The notes: generated by a model from the letters alone, not told the origin. A stretch of DNA of 64,000 bases from an uncultured Planctomycetia bacterium (GCA_964352425.1 CAYGRZ010000001.1:64672-128671), one strand, 5' to 3'; positions 36,532 through 45,896 are shown, counted from the first letter of the stretch. Numbers and translations are program-made.

Positions 36532-38205
36532 ATGAAGCTCAGGTTGGCAATAGCACAGATCAATTGCACGGTAGGCGACCTTGAAGGCAACTGCAGGAAG
36601 GTTGCAGGATGCCTCGAGAGGGCCGGCGAGTTCGGTGTCGATTTGATCGCATTCCCGGAACTGGCGGTAACAGGCTACCCACCGGAGGACCTTCTGCTGA
36701 AACCGAAGTTCATCGCGGATAACATCGACGCGCTGAGGGAGACGGCCAAGTCTGTCGGTGACATGATAGCGGTCATAGGGTTCGTGAACCGCGTAGGCAA
36801 GGATATATTCAACGCCGCAGCGATCATTCACAAAGGCGAGGTAAAGGCGGTCTACCACAAGATGCTATTGCCGAACTACGGCGTCTTTGACGAGAACCGG
36901 TATTTCAAGCCAGGTTCAGCGCCAGGCGTGTTTAAGGCGGGCGGCATGGCATTCGGCGTCAATATATGCGAGGACATATGGCATAAGGCCGGACCGATAA
37001 AGGCTCAGGCTGCTGCCGGCGCAAGTCTTATCCTGAACATCAACTCTTCGCCATATCACGCCGGCAAAATGAAAGAGAGGGAAGACCTGATCAAGCGCGA
37101 GGCTAAATCAAACAATGTCTTTATAGCGTACGCGAACCTCGTAGGTGGCCAGGATGAGCTCGTATTCGACGGCCATAGCATCATCGTTGATCCGGCAGGA
37201 AAGATCATATGCCGCGGCCCGGGCTTCAAGGAAGACCTCCTCATGGTTGACCTCGATCTCCCGGCCCTCAAGACAAAACGTATAAAGAAAGCTGTCGAGA
37301 TCGCAAAGAAGTTTGAACCGAGACAGAAGAGGCCGCCTCTTACAAAGAATGAGGTAAAACCGCTCGATCCCGTCGCGGAGGTATATGAGGCACTCCTCCT
37401 CGGGCTTAAAGATTATGTAACAAAGAACGGGTTCTCAAAAGTCATTATCGGGATATCCGGCGGCATAGATTCTTCGCTCGTCGCCGTGCTTGCGGCCGAC
37501 GCGCTCGGCAAAGAAAATGTCACCGGCGTATTCCTGCCGACGCGGTATTCGTCGGAAGAGTCGGGACGCGACGCAAGCGCTCTTGCGTCCAACCTTGGGA
37601 TCAAGTATATAGAGATGTCTGTCGACCAGATCTACAAGTTGTACCTGATGGCGTTCGAGACCCAGTTCGTCGGGCTCGGCAGGGATATCACCGAGGAGAA
37701 TATACAGGCGCGCATACGCGGCAACATGCTGATGGCATTTTCCAACAAGTTTGGGTGGCTCGTCCTGACAACAGGCAATAAGTCCGAGATGAGCACCGGC
37801 TACGCGACGCTGTATGGCGACATGGCAGGGGGGCTGGCGGTCATAAAGGACGTGCCAAAGACGCTCGTCTACAAGCTTGCGAAATACAGAAATACGCTCG
37901 GGAAGGTGATCCCGGATGCCGTCTTTACAAAAGAACCCACGGCAGAGCTCAGGCCCGACCAGAAAGACAGGGATACGCTTCCCGCCTATGATGTGCTCGA
38001 CCCGATCATTAAAGCGTACGTCGAGGAGGATAAAAGCCCCGGCGAGATCGCTTCGGCCGGCTTTGACAGGGAGATTGTTGCGCGGGTCATTCGGATGGTG
38101 GATTCGAGCGAGTATAAGCGCAGGCAATCGCCGCCGGGCATCAAGATCACGCCCAAGGCGTTCGGCAAGGACAGGAGGATGCCGATAACGAACAGGTATA
38201 AATAG
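36532..38205 (+). CDS. nadE: Glutamine-dependent NAD+ synthetase
   Basis: Nitrilase domain FPEL, ICED; synthetase domain SGGIDS, ENIQARIR, TGNKSE, EYKRRQ. Confidence 0.95.
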   Translation: MKLRLAIAQINCTVGDLEGNCRKVAGCLERAGEFGVDLIAFPELAVTGYPPEDLLLKPKFIADNIDALRETAKSVGDMIAVIGFVNRVGKDIFNAAAIIHKGEVKAVYHKMLLPNYGVFDENRYFKPGSAPGVFKAGGMAFGVNICEDIWHKAGPIKAQAAAGASLILNINSSPYHAGKMKEREDLIKREAKSNNVFIAYANLVGGQDELVFDGHSIIVDPAGKIICRGPGFKEDLLMVDLDLPALKTKRIKKAVEIAKKFEPRQKRPPLTKNEVKPLDPVAEVYEALLLGLKDYVTKNGFSKVIIGISGGIDSSLVAVLAADALGKENVTGVFLPTRYSSEESGRDASALASNLGIKYIEMSVDQIYKLYLMAFETQFVGLGRDITEENIQARIRGNMLMAFSNKFGWLVLTTGNKSEMSTGYATLYGDMAGGLAVIKDVPKTLVYKLAKYRNTLGKVIPDAVFTKEPTAELRPDQKDRDTLPAYDVLDPIIKAYVEEDKSPGEIASAGFDREIVARVIRMVDSSEYKRRQSPPGIKITPKAFGKDRRMPITNRYK

Positions 38206-38213
38206 TAGTACCG

Positions 38214-38293
38214 TATCTCAACGCTGAGATAGGATCCCAAAGAGCAAAGATGCCCTTTTGGCGCATAGAAACGCGCAAAAGGGCTTTTTATTT
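38214..38293 (+). promoter_or_regulatory. ANTAR-type dual hairpin and terminator upstream of the sigma factor
   Basis: tatctc-AACGCT-gagata and gc-AAAGAT-gc; the second overlaps gcccttttg/caaaagggc followed by tttttattt. Confidence 0.75.
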
Positions 38294-38445
38294 GAGCACA
38301 TGACTTATGGAGCCGAAGGCGACATAAGTCATGTGTGCGAAAAAAATCCGCCGACTAGTCCTCCGAAGCCAAGCCTGACCAAAGACATTCACAGGCGAAG
38401 GAGGAAGCCAATCTTGACAAGAACCATGCAACGGCGAAGGCGGAT
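38291..38445 (+). repeat. Composite hairpin E + element D in the sigma-factor leader
   Basis: Homologous to 43508-43659. Confidence 0.8.
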
Positions 38446-38464
38446 GAAGAAGGTGGTGGTCACG

Positions 38465-38995
38465 ATGTACAAGCGATTCGATGAGATGATGAAGAAGCTG
38501 TCACCGACACTGCGGGGCATAGCGCACCGCATGAACGGCCATTTCACGTTCTTCACGGATGATGACCTCTACCAGGAAGCGCTCGCGCATCTGTGGGCCA
38601 GTTTCGGGAGAGGCGCCCTGAGGGACAAGACGGATAGCTACATTCTCCAAGGGTGCTATTTCTACCTGAAGAACTACCTGCGCACCTCTCTCGACAAGGC
38701 AAAACTCGTGAGCCTGAGCGAGCTCATCGACGGTCAGGACGTTTCTATCGAGGAGTCGCTCGCATCGAAGGATACGAATGCGCGCGACGATTTAGATGCA
38801 GGACTTCTTGCGGAAAACATCGTATTCAAGAGTCTGGACGCGCGGGAGAGGCTGGTCCTGCGGTACTCGACGGAAGGCCTTACGATCAGAGAGATAGGTA
38901 AGCGCCTCGGCGTTTCCCACGTCATGGTGGTCAAGATAAGGTCGAAGATACGGAAAAAGTGCGATGCATTAAGACGGGGTGGGCATCATGGTTAG
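38465..38995 (+). CDS. Alternative sigma70-family (ECF/SigH-like) RNA polymerase sigma factor
   Basis: Region 2 DDLYQEALAHLW...SYI...LKNYLR; region 4 LDARERLVL...GLTIREIGKRLGVSHVMV; start chosen after AGGTGG. Confidence 0.88.
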   Translation: MYKRFDEMMKKLSPTLRGIAHRMNGHFTFFTDDDLYQEALAHLWASFGRGALRDKTDSYILQGCYFYLKNYLRTSLDKAKLVSLSELIDGQDVSIEESLASKDTNARDDLDAGLLAENIVFKSLDARERLVLRYSTEGLTIREIGKRLGVSHVMVVKIRSKIRKKCDALRRGGHHG

Positions 38996-41576
38996 TACTG
39001 GTCTTAAGGGGCTCGACAAGGTCATCACTGGGCTGCAGATGGGCGACAATGTCGTCTGGCAGATGGACGCCATTGAAGATTATCACGAATTCGTGAAGCC
39101 CTTCGTAAAAAAAGCTGTCGATGAAAAGCGAAGGCTCGTCTATATCCGGTTCGCGAACCACCCGCCCATCCTCGAGAACAACAAGAACATCACCGTCTAC
39201 TCACTTGACGCCACAGCCGGCTTTGAGACATTCTCATCGCAGCTGAACGGCATCATCAGGAAGGAGGGGGAGGGAGTCTTTTACGTCTTCGACTGCCTGT
39301 CAGACCTTCTCTCTGCCTGGTCAAACGACCTGATGATAGGCAATTTCTTCAAGATCACCTGCCCGTATCTTTTCGAGCTCAATACGATCGCCTATTTCGC
39401 CCTCCTGCGCAACAGCCATTCATTCAAGACCATCGCCCGCATCAGGGACACGACCCAGCTTCTCATAGACGTCTATCATTACGGCGGGAACTATTACATC
39501 CACCCCCTCAAGGTGTGGAACAGATATTCACCGACCATGTTCCTGCCGCACGTGAAGAAGGACGACAAATTTCTTGCCATCGCCAACAGCGTAGATACCG
39601 CGAGGCTCTTCTCCCACATATTCAAGAAGGGGGCCAAGTCGATCAAGCGCAAGCTGGATTACTGGGACCGACTCTTTATGACCGCCGAGGACCTGGCAGC
39701 AGGTAAGGGCTGCCCGAATGAAAAGATACAGCAGATGGTCGACGTGCTGTCAAGGATAGTCATCGCACGGGATGAAAAGATGCTGAAGCTGGCCAAAGAG
39801 TACATCACGCTTGAGGATTTCCTTAATATCAAATCGAGGATGGTCGGAACGGGCTTTATCGGCGGCAAATCCGTAGGCATGCTGATCGCCAGGAGCATAC
39901 TCCTGAGAGATAAGGCGCTGGAGGCAGAGAAGTTCTTTGAGCCGCACGATTCATTTTATGTCGGCTCGGACGTCTTCTATACCTATATCGTCGAGAACGG
40001 CTGGTGGAAGGCGCGCATGGAGCAGCGGACAAAAGAAGGGTACTTTGAGGTAGCGCTCACCCTCAAAGACAAGCTCCTGACAGGCGTATTCCCCGAGGAG
40101 ATCAAAGAGCAGCTCCAGCAGATGATCGAGTATTTCGGCCAGTCGCCGATCATTGTGCGCTCATCGAGCCTCCTGGAGGACAGCTACGGGAACGCATTTG
40201 CAGGTAAATACGAGAGCATCTTCCTGGCGAATCAGGGGACTCCCGATGAGCGCTACGCGAAGTTCGTTGACGCTGTCAGGCGGATCTATGCCTCTACGAT
40301 GAACGAGGACGCGCTCGCGTACCGCCTGCAGCGCGGCCTCGACCAGATGGACGAGCAGATGGCGCTTCTGGTCCAACGCGTATCAGGCGCATACCACACG
40401 GACTATTTCTTCCCGGACGTCGCCGGCGTAGGCATATCCTACAACGCCTTCGTATGGAAGAGTACGATGGACCCGAAAGCCGGGATGCTGCGCCTTGTCC
40501 TGGGCCTCGGCACGAGGGCTGTTAACCGCGTTGAGGGCGATTATCCGCGCATAGTTGCCCTGGACGACCCGCTCCTCAAAGCGCATGCCGGCATTAAGGA
40601 TACCGCACGCTACTCCCAGCACGATGTGGATATGATCAACATCAAAGAGAATTCCTTCCAGACTATGTCGCTTAGGGAGCTTCTCATGAAAAAGGTCGAT
40701 ATAAATCTGGAGCTTATGGCCATAAAGGACCATCAGGCCACAGAGAAGCTGCGCGAGATGGGCATGGACGAGGAATCATGGATCATCACCTTCGATGAGC
40801 TCGTCTCAAAGACCGCATTCGCAAAGACGATGCAAAACATCCTGCACGCCCTGGAAACGGCGTACGGATACCCGATCGACATAGAGTTCACGGTAAATTT
40901 CAGGAAGGACGGGTCGTACCAGATAAACCTCCTGCAGTGCAGGCCGATGCAGACCAAGGGACTGGGGCACAAGGTAACCATCCCGCGGGGCATACCGAGC
41001 GAGAATATCCTGTTCAGCTCTTCGGGAAATTTCCTTGGCGGGAATATATCGCAGTCGATCGACAGGATCATCTATGTCGATCCGAAAGCCTATTGCGCCC
41101 TCGCGTCCCAGTCGGAAAAATACGATATCGCGCGTCTGGTCGGCGTCCTTAACGGGCAGGCAGGGCCCAGGGAAAAGATGTCGGTCATGCTTCTGGGGCC
41201 AGGCAGATGGGGTACGACCACGCCATCGCTCGGCGTTCCGGTCTCGTTCGCGGAGATAAACAACATCTCGATCCTGGGAGAGATGGCCTTCACCAGCGAG
41301 AATGTCTCGCCGGAGATATCGTACGGCACTCACTTCTTCCAGGACCTTGTGGAAACGGGGATCTTCTACATAGCGCTCTTCCCGGACAACCGCGGGGCGC
41401 AGGTAAACAAGAAGTTCTTCGCCTCGATGCCTAAGGGCCTGAAGAAACACGTTCCTCAATACAGCAAATACGATGACGTCGTCAAGGTCATCGACGTTCG
41501 CGAGCGCGGCCTCAAGATAGTTGCCGATATAATCTCCCAGAAAGTCGTATGCTACTTCCGTCAGGAAAAGAAATAG
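38988..41576 (+). CDS. PEP-synthase/PPDK N-terminal (ATP-grasp) domain protein with RecA-like N-terminus
   Basis: STGLKGLDKVI; IGGKS, IVRSSSLLED, AFAGKYES, GLGTRAV, DIEF, LLQCRP; GTHFFQDLVE; no PEP-binding barrel. Confidence 0.82.
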   Translation: MVSTGLKGLDKVITGLQMGDNVVWQMDAIEDYHEFVKPFVKKAVDEKRRLVYIRFANHPPILENNKNITVYSLDATAGFETFSSQLNGIIRKEGEGVFYVFDCLSDLLSAWSNDLMIGNFFKITCPYLFELNTIAYFALLRNSHSFKTIARIRDTTQLLIDVYHYGGNYYIHPLKVWNRYSPTMFLPHVKKDDKFLAIANSVDTARLFSHIFKKGAKSIKRKLDYWDRLFMTAEDLAAGKGCPNEKIQQMVDVLSRIVIARDEKMLKLAKEYITLEDFLNIKSRMVGTGFIGGKSVGMLIARSILLRDKALEAEKFFEPHDSFYVGSDVFYTYIVENGWWKARMEQRTKEGYFEVALTLKDKLLTGVFPEEIKEQLQQMIEYFGQSPIIVRSSSLLEDSYGNAFAGKYESIFLANQGTPDERYAKFVDAVRRIYASTMNEDALAYRLQRGLDQMDEQMALLVQRVSGAYHTDYFFPDVAGVGISYNAFVWKSTMDPKAGMLRLVLGLGTRAVNRVEGDYPRIVALDDPLLKAHAGIKDTARYSQHDVDMINIKENSFQTMSLRELLMKKVDINLELMAIKDHQATEKLREMGMDEESWIITFDELVSKTAFAKTMQNILHALETAYGYPIDIEFTVNFRKDGSYQINLLQCRPMQTKGLGHKVTIPRGIPSENILFSSSGNFLGGNISQSIDRIIYVDPKAYCALASQSEKYDIARLVGVLNGQAGPREKMSVMLLGPGRWGTTTPSLGVPVSFAEINNISILGEMAFTSENVSPEISYGTHFFQDLVETGIFYIALFPDNRGAQVNKKFFASMPKGLKKHVPQYSKYDDVVKVIDVRERGLKIVADIISQKVVCYFRQEKK

Positions 41577-41577
41577 C

Positions 41578-41618
41578 GGTTACCAAAACGAGCCCGGATT
41601 TACTTGTAGATATGTAAG
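41578..41618 (+). promoter_or_regulatory. Putative alternative-sigma promoter or regulator site upstream of amtB
   Basis: GGTTACC-N16-TACTTGTA-N4-TGTAAG, the same layout as 43364-43404. Confidence 0.65.
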
Positions 41619-41631
41619 TAGCTTGCTTTAA

Positions 41632-41741
41632 ACACATTGAAGTGTGCAGCACAAAGGCGTTCTCAAGAGAGAGCGCTTTTCTATTTAGACGCAGGCGTCT
41701 TTTGGCCCATGGAGGGGAAGAAAGGCGTCTTTTTATTGTTT
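41632..41741 (+). promoter_or_regulatory. ANTAR-type leader of amtB-glnK (three hexaloops, two terminators)
   Basis: acac-ATTGAA-gtgt, ac-AAAGGC-gt, agac-GCAGGC-gtct; stems gcgttctc/gagagcgc+tttt and ggcgtcttt/aaaggcgtc+ttttt. Confidence 0.78.
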
Positions 41742-41758
41742 AATACGGAGGAACAGCT

Positions 41759-42994
41759 ATGATAAATACTGGAGATACTGCCTGGATCCTGATGTCGACG
41801 GCACTCGTCATGATGATGACTGCGCCGGGCCTGGCATTCTTCTATGGAGGGCTGGTGAGAAGGAAGAATGTGCTTGCTACCATGATGCAATCGTTCTTCG
41901 TACTGTGCCTCTTAAGCATACAGTGGATACTGTGGGGGTACAGCCTGGCGTTCGGGCCTGACATAGGGCACTTTATCGGAAGCCTGGCATGGTTCGGCCT
42001 CAAAGGGGTGGGCATGGCGCCGAACCCGGATTATGCGGCGACCATACCGCACCTTCTCTTCATGGTATATCAGATGATGTTCGCGGTCATTACGCCTGCC
42101 CTGATCACCGGTGCATTCGCCGAGAGGATGAAGTTCTCGACCTATGCGGTCTTCACGCTCGTCTGGGCAACCCTCGTCTATGACCCGATATGCCACTGGG
42201 TATGGGGTGCCGGAGGCTGGTTATGGAATATGGGAGCTCTGGACTTCGCCGGCGGAACGGTTGTGCACATATCCTCAGGGATAGCCGCACTCGTCTGCGC
42301 GCTCGTACTGGGTAAGAGGCGCGGTTACGGCCGCGAGCCGATGAGCCCACACAACCTGCCGCTGACCATTCTTGGCGCGGCGCTCCTATGGTTCGGCTGG
42401 TTCGGGTTCAATGCGGGAAGCGCCCTCGGAGCCAATGAGCTTGCAGTATGGGCCTTCATCGCGACGAACACCGCTGCGGCAGCGGCAGGCCTTACATGGA
42501 TGTTCATAGAATGGAAAGCCATAGGCAAGCCAACGATACTGGGCGGCGCTACGGGCGCGGTCGCAGGACTTGTTGCCATAACACCGGCTGCAGGTTTCGT
42601 CTCGCCGCTGTCCGCGATATGCATCGGCATATTGGTAAGCGCAGTATGCTATACGGCGGTAGCCGTCATCAAGCTCAAGTTCGGCTATGATGACTCGCTC
42701 GATGCCTTCGGCGTGCACGGCGTCGGCGGCACGGTCGGAGCGCTTGCGACAGGGCTTTTCGCGCAAAAGATCATAAACGTGGCAGGCAATAACGGGCTCT
42801 TCTTCGGCAACGCCAAGATGTTGCTGACACAGGCCATAGGCGTAGGTGCAACAATGATCTATTCCGTCACGGTCACCTTTATACTGCTGAAGGTCCTCGA
42901 TGCGACAATGGGGCTGAGGGTCCCCGATGAGGAAGAGGTCGTCGGTCTGGATATAACACAACACGAAGAGAGCGCATATACGCTACTCGATTAA
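41759..42994 (+). CDS. amtB: Ammonium transporter
   Basis: GLAFFYGG, DFAGGTVVH, LWFGWFGFN and DDSLDAFGVHG motifs. Confidence 0.97.
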   Translation: MINTGDTAWILMSTALVMMMTAPGLAFFYGGLVRRKNVLATMMQSFFVLCLLSIQWILWGYSLAFGPDIGHFIGSLAWFGLKGVGMAPNPDYAATIPHLLFMVYQMMFAVITPALITGAFAERMKFSTYAVFTLVWATLVYDPICHWVWGAGGWLWNMGALDFAGGTVVHISSGIAALVCALVLGKRRGYGREPMSPHNLPLTILGAALLWFGWFGFNAGSALGANELAVWAFIATNTAAAAAGLTWMFIEWKAIGKPTILGGATGAVAGLVAITPAAGFVSPLSAICIGILVSAVCYTAVAVIKLKFGYDDSLDAFGVHGVGGTVGALATGLFAQKIINVAGNNGLFFGNAKMLLTQAIGVGATMIYSVTVTFILLKVLDATMGLRVPDEEEVVGLDITQHEESAYTLLD

Positions 42995-43006
42995 GGGGGG
43001 TATGTC

Positions 43007-43348
43007 ATGAAACTGATAGTCGCAATACTGCAACCGGAGAAGCTTGAAGATGTCCTTCAGGAGTTGGACAGAGAAGAGATCTACTTAAAGACAGTCTCCA
43101 GCGTGCTTGGGTGCGGCCGCCAAAAAGGCCGTACCGAGGTATATAGAGGAAGGAAAGAGACCGGCAACCTCTTGAAGAAGGTCCGCCTCGAGATAGGGGT
43201 CAATGAACAATTCGTGGAGGCGACGATCCGGGCGATCGTGAGAGGCGCAAAGACAGGCACTATAGGGGACGGCAAGATATTCGTCCTGGACCTGGCAGAA
43301 TGTGTCAGGATACGGACCGGTGAAAGGGGCGGGGATGCTATAGGGTAA
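43007..43348 (+). CDS. glnK: PII nitrogen regulator
   Basis: [20 protein letters not shown] and RIRTGE motifs; follows amtB. Confidence 0.93.
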   Translation: MKLIVAILQPEKLEDVLQELDREEIYLKTVSSVLGCGRQKGRTEVYRGRKETGNLLKKVRLEIGVNEQFVEATIRAIVRGAKTGTIGDGKIFVLDLAECVRIRTGERGGDAIG

Positions 43349-43363
43349 CTTTTGTTAAAAAAT

Positions 43364-43404
43364 GGTTACCAAGCGAGGCTCCTTTTTACTTGTATAGTTG
43401 TAAG
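43364..43404 (+). promoter_or_regulatory. Putative alternative-sigma promoter or regulator site upstream of glnA
   Basis: GGTTACC-N16-TACTTGTA-N4-TGTAAG. Confidence 0.65.
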
Positions 43405-43416
43405 ACCGGTTTTTAG

Positions 43417-43511
43417 GCACATTGTAGTGCATAAGTAGGCAAAGACGTTTATTTGAACATAGGCGTTCAGTTTGGTCAATGAGTATGACCAAAATGAGCG
43501 CTTTTTTATTT
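43417..43511 (+). promoter_or_regulatory. ANTAR-type leader of glnA (three hexaloops plus terminator)
   Basis: gcac-ATTGTA-gtgc, aggc-AAAGAC-gttt, tgaac-ATAGGC-gttca; the last overlaps gcgttca..tttggtca/tgaccaaa..tgagcgc followed by tttttt. Confidence 0.8.
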
Positions 43512-43659
43512 GAGCACATAATTTATGGAGCGATAGCGACATAAATTATAAGTGCGAAAATAATCCGCCGACTAGTCCTCCGAAGCTTCGCAGAGTCTAT
43601 GAGTAGAAGCGAAGGCGGAAGCCAATCTTGACCAGAAACATACAACGGCGAAGGCGGAT
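43508..43659 (+). repeat. Composite hairpin E + element D in the glnA leader
   Basis: Homologous to 38291-38445. Confidence 0.8.
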
Positions 43660-43687
43660 ATCAACCATAGCCATAAAGGAGGGCACC

Positions 43688-45880
43688 ATGTCTGTCAGGC
43701 AAGATGCATTGTTCAGGATCAATGGCAACAAGGTCGACGCGATCGAGGAGATAAAGAAGGTTTCCTCGTATTACGGAGAGAATACTTTCAACCTATCGAC
43801 GATGAAGAAGCATATCTCCGAGGCGACATTCAACGCTTTCAAGCGCTGGATGTCGGAAGGCGCGATCATCTCGCTCGAAGAGGCCAATGAAATAGCCAAT
43901 GCCATGAAGGAGTGGGCGATGGCCAAGGGTGCGACTTATTACACGCACTGGTTCCAGCCCATGACCGGCCTCACCGCAGAAAAGCACGACAGCTTCATCT
44001 CTATCGTGGAGCACGGCAAGGTCATCGAAAAGTTTTCCGGCTCCAAGCTTATCCAGGGCGAGCCGGACGCATCGAGCTTCCCTTCAGGCGGGATACGCGC
44101 CACGTTCGAAGCGCGCGGCTATACCGCATGGGACCCCTCGAGCCCGGCGTTCATCATCGAATCGAAGCTCGGCAAGACGCTCTGCATCCCTACGATATTC
44201 ATATCATATAACGGAGAGGCCCTGGACAAGAAGCTCCCATTGCTGCGATCAGACAATGCCCTGAACAAAGCGGCGATAAACCTGCTGAATCTCTTTGGTC
44301 ACAAGGACGTGAAGAAGGTCTTCTCGACATGCGGGCCGGAGCAGGAGTATTTCCTGATCGATAAAAACTACTACAATCTGCGGCAGGACCTAATCATGAC
44401 GGGCCGCACGCTTGTCGGCGCGCCATCCCCGAAAGGACAACAGCTCGAAGACCAATATTTCGGCACGATCAAGGAACGCGTGATAAATTACATGTTCGAG
44501 GTCGCTGAAGAGGCATACAGGCTCGGCATTCCCTTAATGACCAGACACAACGAGGTTGCGCCGCACCAGTACGAATTCGCTCCGATATTCGAGGAGTCGA
44601 ATATTGCAGCCGACCATAACCAGTTACTCATGGAGATCATGAAGAAGGTCGCCTTGAGACACGGGCGCGTCTGCCTGCTGCACGAGAAGCCGTTCGCAGG
44701 GATTAACGGCAGCGGTAAGCACCTGAACTGGTCCCTTGCCGATGACAAGGGCAACAACCTGCTTAATCCCGGCGAGACGCCGGAGGATAACCTGCAGTTC
44801 CTCACGGTGCTTGTGGCGGTATTGCGGGCTGTGTACGTGCACGCAGATCTTCTGCGTGCCAGCGTCGCGCTGGCCGGCAACGAGCACCGGCTTGGCGCAA
44901 ATGAAGCTCCACCTGCCATCATCAGCGTCTTCCTTGGCGACCAGCTCACGTCAATCCTTGACATGATAGAGAAGGGCGTAAAGACGAAGGTCTCGAAGCA
45001 CGACATTGTCGATCTCGGCATTGCGACGTTACCGCAATTCAATAAGGATGCGACCGACCGCAACCGCACGTCGCCGTTCGCGTTCACCGGCGCAAAGTTC
45101 GAGTTCCGTGCAGTCGGCTCATCGCAGAACATATCGACGCCGATAGCGGTGGTGAACACGATCATCGCGGAGTCGCTCGACTACGTAGCCGACAGGATAA
45201 AGAAGGCAGCCGCAGGCAAGGATTTTAATACCGCGGTCCTGAAGACGATAGCCGAGCTCATTAAAGAGACGAAGGCGATCCGGTTCGAGGGCAATAACTA
45301 TGCAGAAGAGTGGCTGAAAGAAGCGAAGAAGAGGAAGCTGCCCAATGTGGCATCTACGGCAGAGGCGCTCGAAGCGTTGATCGAAAAGAAGAATATCGAG
45401 CTTTTCGAAAAATACAAAGTATTCTCAAAGGAAGAGATCGTGGCGCGATACCATATCTGGATCCACATGTATAATACGATCCTCGAGATCGAGGCTAATA
45501 CGCTCAACGAAATGGTCAATGCGAGCGTCGTGCCGTTCGGCCTGGAATATGAAAAGCTCCTGGCCGAGAACCTCGCCGACCTTGTGGGGCTCAAGAAGAA
45601 TGCGAAACTGAAGGTCGAGCCCGCGGCACTCGAAGACCTGAAGAGGCACCTGGGCGATGTCGTCTCAATGATCTACTATGTCAGGCGCAATACTGCTGCT
45701 ATGGTCAAGCTTTTGGAGAAGACCAAGAGAGCCCATCATGAAGAACGCGCTGCCATATATTTCATTGAGCTGAAGCCGATCATGGAGCACATCCGCAAGC
45801 ACGTCGATGCGCTCGAATGCGTCGTATCGGACGAGCACTGGGATCTGCCGAAGTACAGGGAGATGCTCTTCATTAAGTAA
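43688..45880 (+). CDS. glnA: Glutamine synthetase type III
   Basis: THWFQPMTGLTAEKHDSF, EPDASSFPSGG, HEKPFAGINGSGKH and DRNRTSPFAFTG motifs. Confidence 0.95.
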   Translation: MSVRQDALFRINGNKVDAIEEIKKVSSYYGENTFNLSTMKKHISEATFNAFKRWMSEGAIISLEEANEIANAMKEWAMAKGATYYTHWFQPMTGLTAEKHDSFISIVEHGKVIEKFSGSKLIQGEPDASSFPSGGIRATFEARGYTAWDPSSPAFIIESKLGKTLCIPTIFISYNGEALDKKLPLLRSDNALNKAAINLLNLFGHKDVKKVFSTCGPEQEYFLIDKNYYNLRQDLIMTGRTLVGAPSPKGQQLEDQYFGTIKERVINYMFEVAEEAYRLGIPLMTRHNEVAPHQYEFAPIFEESNIAADHNQLLMEIMKKVALRHGRVCLLHEKPFAGINGSGKHLNWSLADDKGNNLLNPGETPEDNLQFLTVLVAVLRAVYVHADLLRASVALAGNEHRLGANEAPPAIISVFLGDQLTSILDMIEKGVKTKVSKHDIVDLGIATLPQFNKDATDRNRTSPFAFTGAKFEFRAVGSSQNISTPIAVVNTIIAESLDYVADRIKKAAAGKDFNTAVLKTIAELIKETKAIRFEGNNYAEEWLKEAKKRKLPNVASTAEALEALIEKKNIELFEKYKVFSKEEIVARYHIWIHMYNTILEIEANTLNEMVNASVVPFGLEYEKLLAENLADLVGLKKNAKLKVEPAALEDLKRHLGDVVSMIYYVRRNTAAMVKLLEKTKRAHHEERAAIYFIELKPIMEHIRKHVDALECVVSDEHWDLPKYREMLFIK

Positions 45881-45896
45881 TGATAATGGCGTGCAT

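Noticed and set aside
38346-38445. Constant-variable-constant pattern of element D as a mini-CRISPR array
   Set aside because: Constant blocks differ from each other, there are only two short variable segments, and no cas genes are present
38258-38464. N-terminal extensions in the ORF track for the sigma factor (likewise 6475, 11468, 43628, 52303)
   Set aside because: They run through terminators, repeat elements or kdpF; downstream starts fit the homologous domains and RBS or overlap positions better
43405-43687. Glutamine (glnA-motif) riboswitch or sigma54 promoter upstream of glnA
   Set aside because: No match recognised to the glnA RNA motif or to a TGGCAC-N5-TTGC promoter; the leader is explained by ANTAR hairpins and repeats
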